A DNA stretch of 64,000 bases, taken from the NCBI RefSeq assembly GCF_006345805.1, contig NC_043000.1, positions 14,012,001-14,076,000 of the forward strand. Reading direction: 5' to 3'. The position numbers and the translations under genes are program-made. Under the pieces are notes generated by a model. That model did no database searches, was not told where the DNA came from, and was given only the letters and a program-made list of their open reading frames with translations. The DNA is from Octopus sinensis. Taxonomy: Eukaryota. Within the stretch, counting starts at the first letter, position 1, and each line of letters opens with the position of its first letter. Below, in pieces: positions 63,301-64,000 of the stretch.

Positions 63301-63460
63301 TAAGCACAAGGCCCGAAATTTTTGGGGAGGGGACCAGTCAATTAGATCGACCCCAGTATGCAACTGGTACTTAATTTATCAACTCCAAAAGGATGAAAGG
63401 CAAAGCTGACCTCGGCGGAATTTGAACTCAGAATGTAAAGACAGATGAAATACCACTAAG
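63301..63460 (-). mobile_element. Family-A SINE (head-truncated)
   Basis: Reverse complement contains ctgagttcaaattccgccgagg...ctttgcctttcatcc...gataaattaagtaccag. Confidence 0.8.
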
Positions 63461-64000
63461 TATAGTGTACAACAGATCCTTCCTGAGTCATAAATAGACC
63501 CGGTCAGATTCCCAGTTTCTGCGGCACACATTGTCCTCCCACCCTGGATGGGATGCCAATCCGTTGCAGGATTACTCACTTTTTTCCAGCTGAGTGGACT
63601 GGAGCTATGTGAAATGAAGTAGTTTGCTCCAGGGCACAATGCATTGGCTGATCTGGGAACGGAAACCATAAACTTATAAGGAGCCCAACACCCTAACCAC
63701 TAAGCCATGTTCCTCCACAGTGTATAATAGACATGCTAAATAGCACAGTGCATTACAATCATGTGAGATAGTGTAGTATGCAGGAAACATTGTAACACAT
63801 AGAAGACATTGGAAATTTGTAACGTAGTGCTGTCTGTTGGAGTATTAAGTGTTGTTACAGAGCCCCAGGTCAGTCAAAGTGTAACATCCCTCTACAAGAC
63901 ATTCCAACCATGACCATCTCACCTTTTATTCAGTCAGTAGATTTAAGAACTTCCTTATCCAATCTGTGTCGTTTTTCTAAGACGGTATGTTGTAAAGGCG

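Overview
AT-rich, microsatellite-laden eukaryotic genomic DNA, most consistent with an octopus (coleoid cephalopod) genome. That assignment is an inference from the tRNA-derived SINE families and the (TA)n/(CA)n load. Two protein-coding genes converge tail-to-tail across about 27.6 kb. (1) On +, a single-coding-exon 934-aa zinc-finger protein (12361-15165): one C2HC finger, clusters of 4 and 3 C2H2 fingers, and a C-terminal finger pair resembling the Ikaros/Hunchback dimerization domain. (2) On -, an insulin receptor substrate (IRS/chico-type) gene. I reconstructed eight GT-AG-bounded, phase-compatible coding exons (63094 to 42748; 3735 nt, 1244 codons plus stop) covering the second half of the PTB domain and the YxxM/YxN/SHP2-motif tail. 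The PH-domain exons must lie beyond the right edge. Three of these exons (63094-62952, 56781-56665, 51633-51508) are absent from the ORF track in their coding frame, as is 49109-48963. The rest is layered mobile DNA: several modular SINE families, TTAA-flanked piggyBac-like MITEs, an internally deleted Tc1/mariner, CR1, RTE and HERO-like LINE 3' fragments, a Helitron/Helentron-like element, TA-embedded fold-back elements, and composite mini/microsatellites. No prokaryotic-type system (CRISPR, operon) is present. Nothing here proves a wholly new biological system; the best leads are the zinc-finger architecture, the frame-symmetric IRS exons carrying docking motifs, and RNA-structure-forming inverted repeats in IRS introns. 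Repeat boundaries are read by eye and approximate unless a TSD is quoted.
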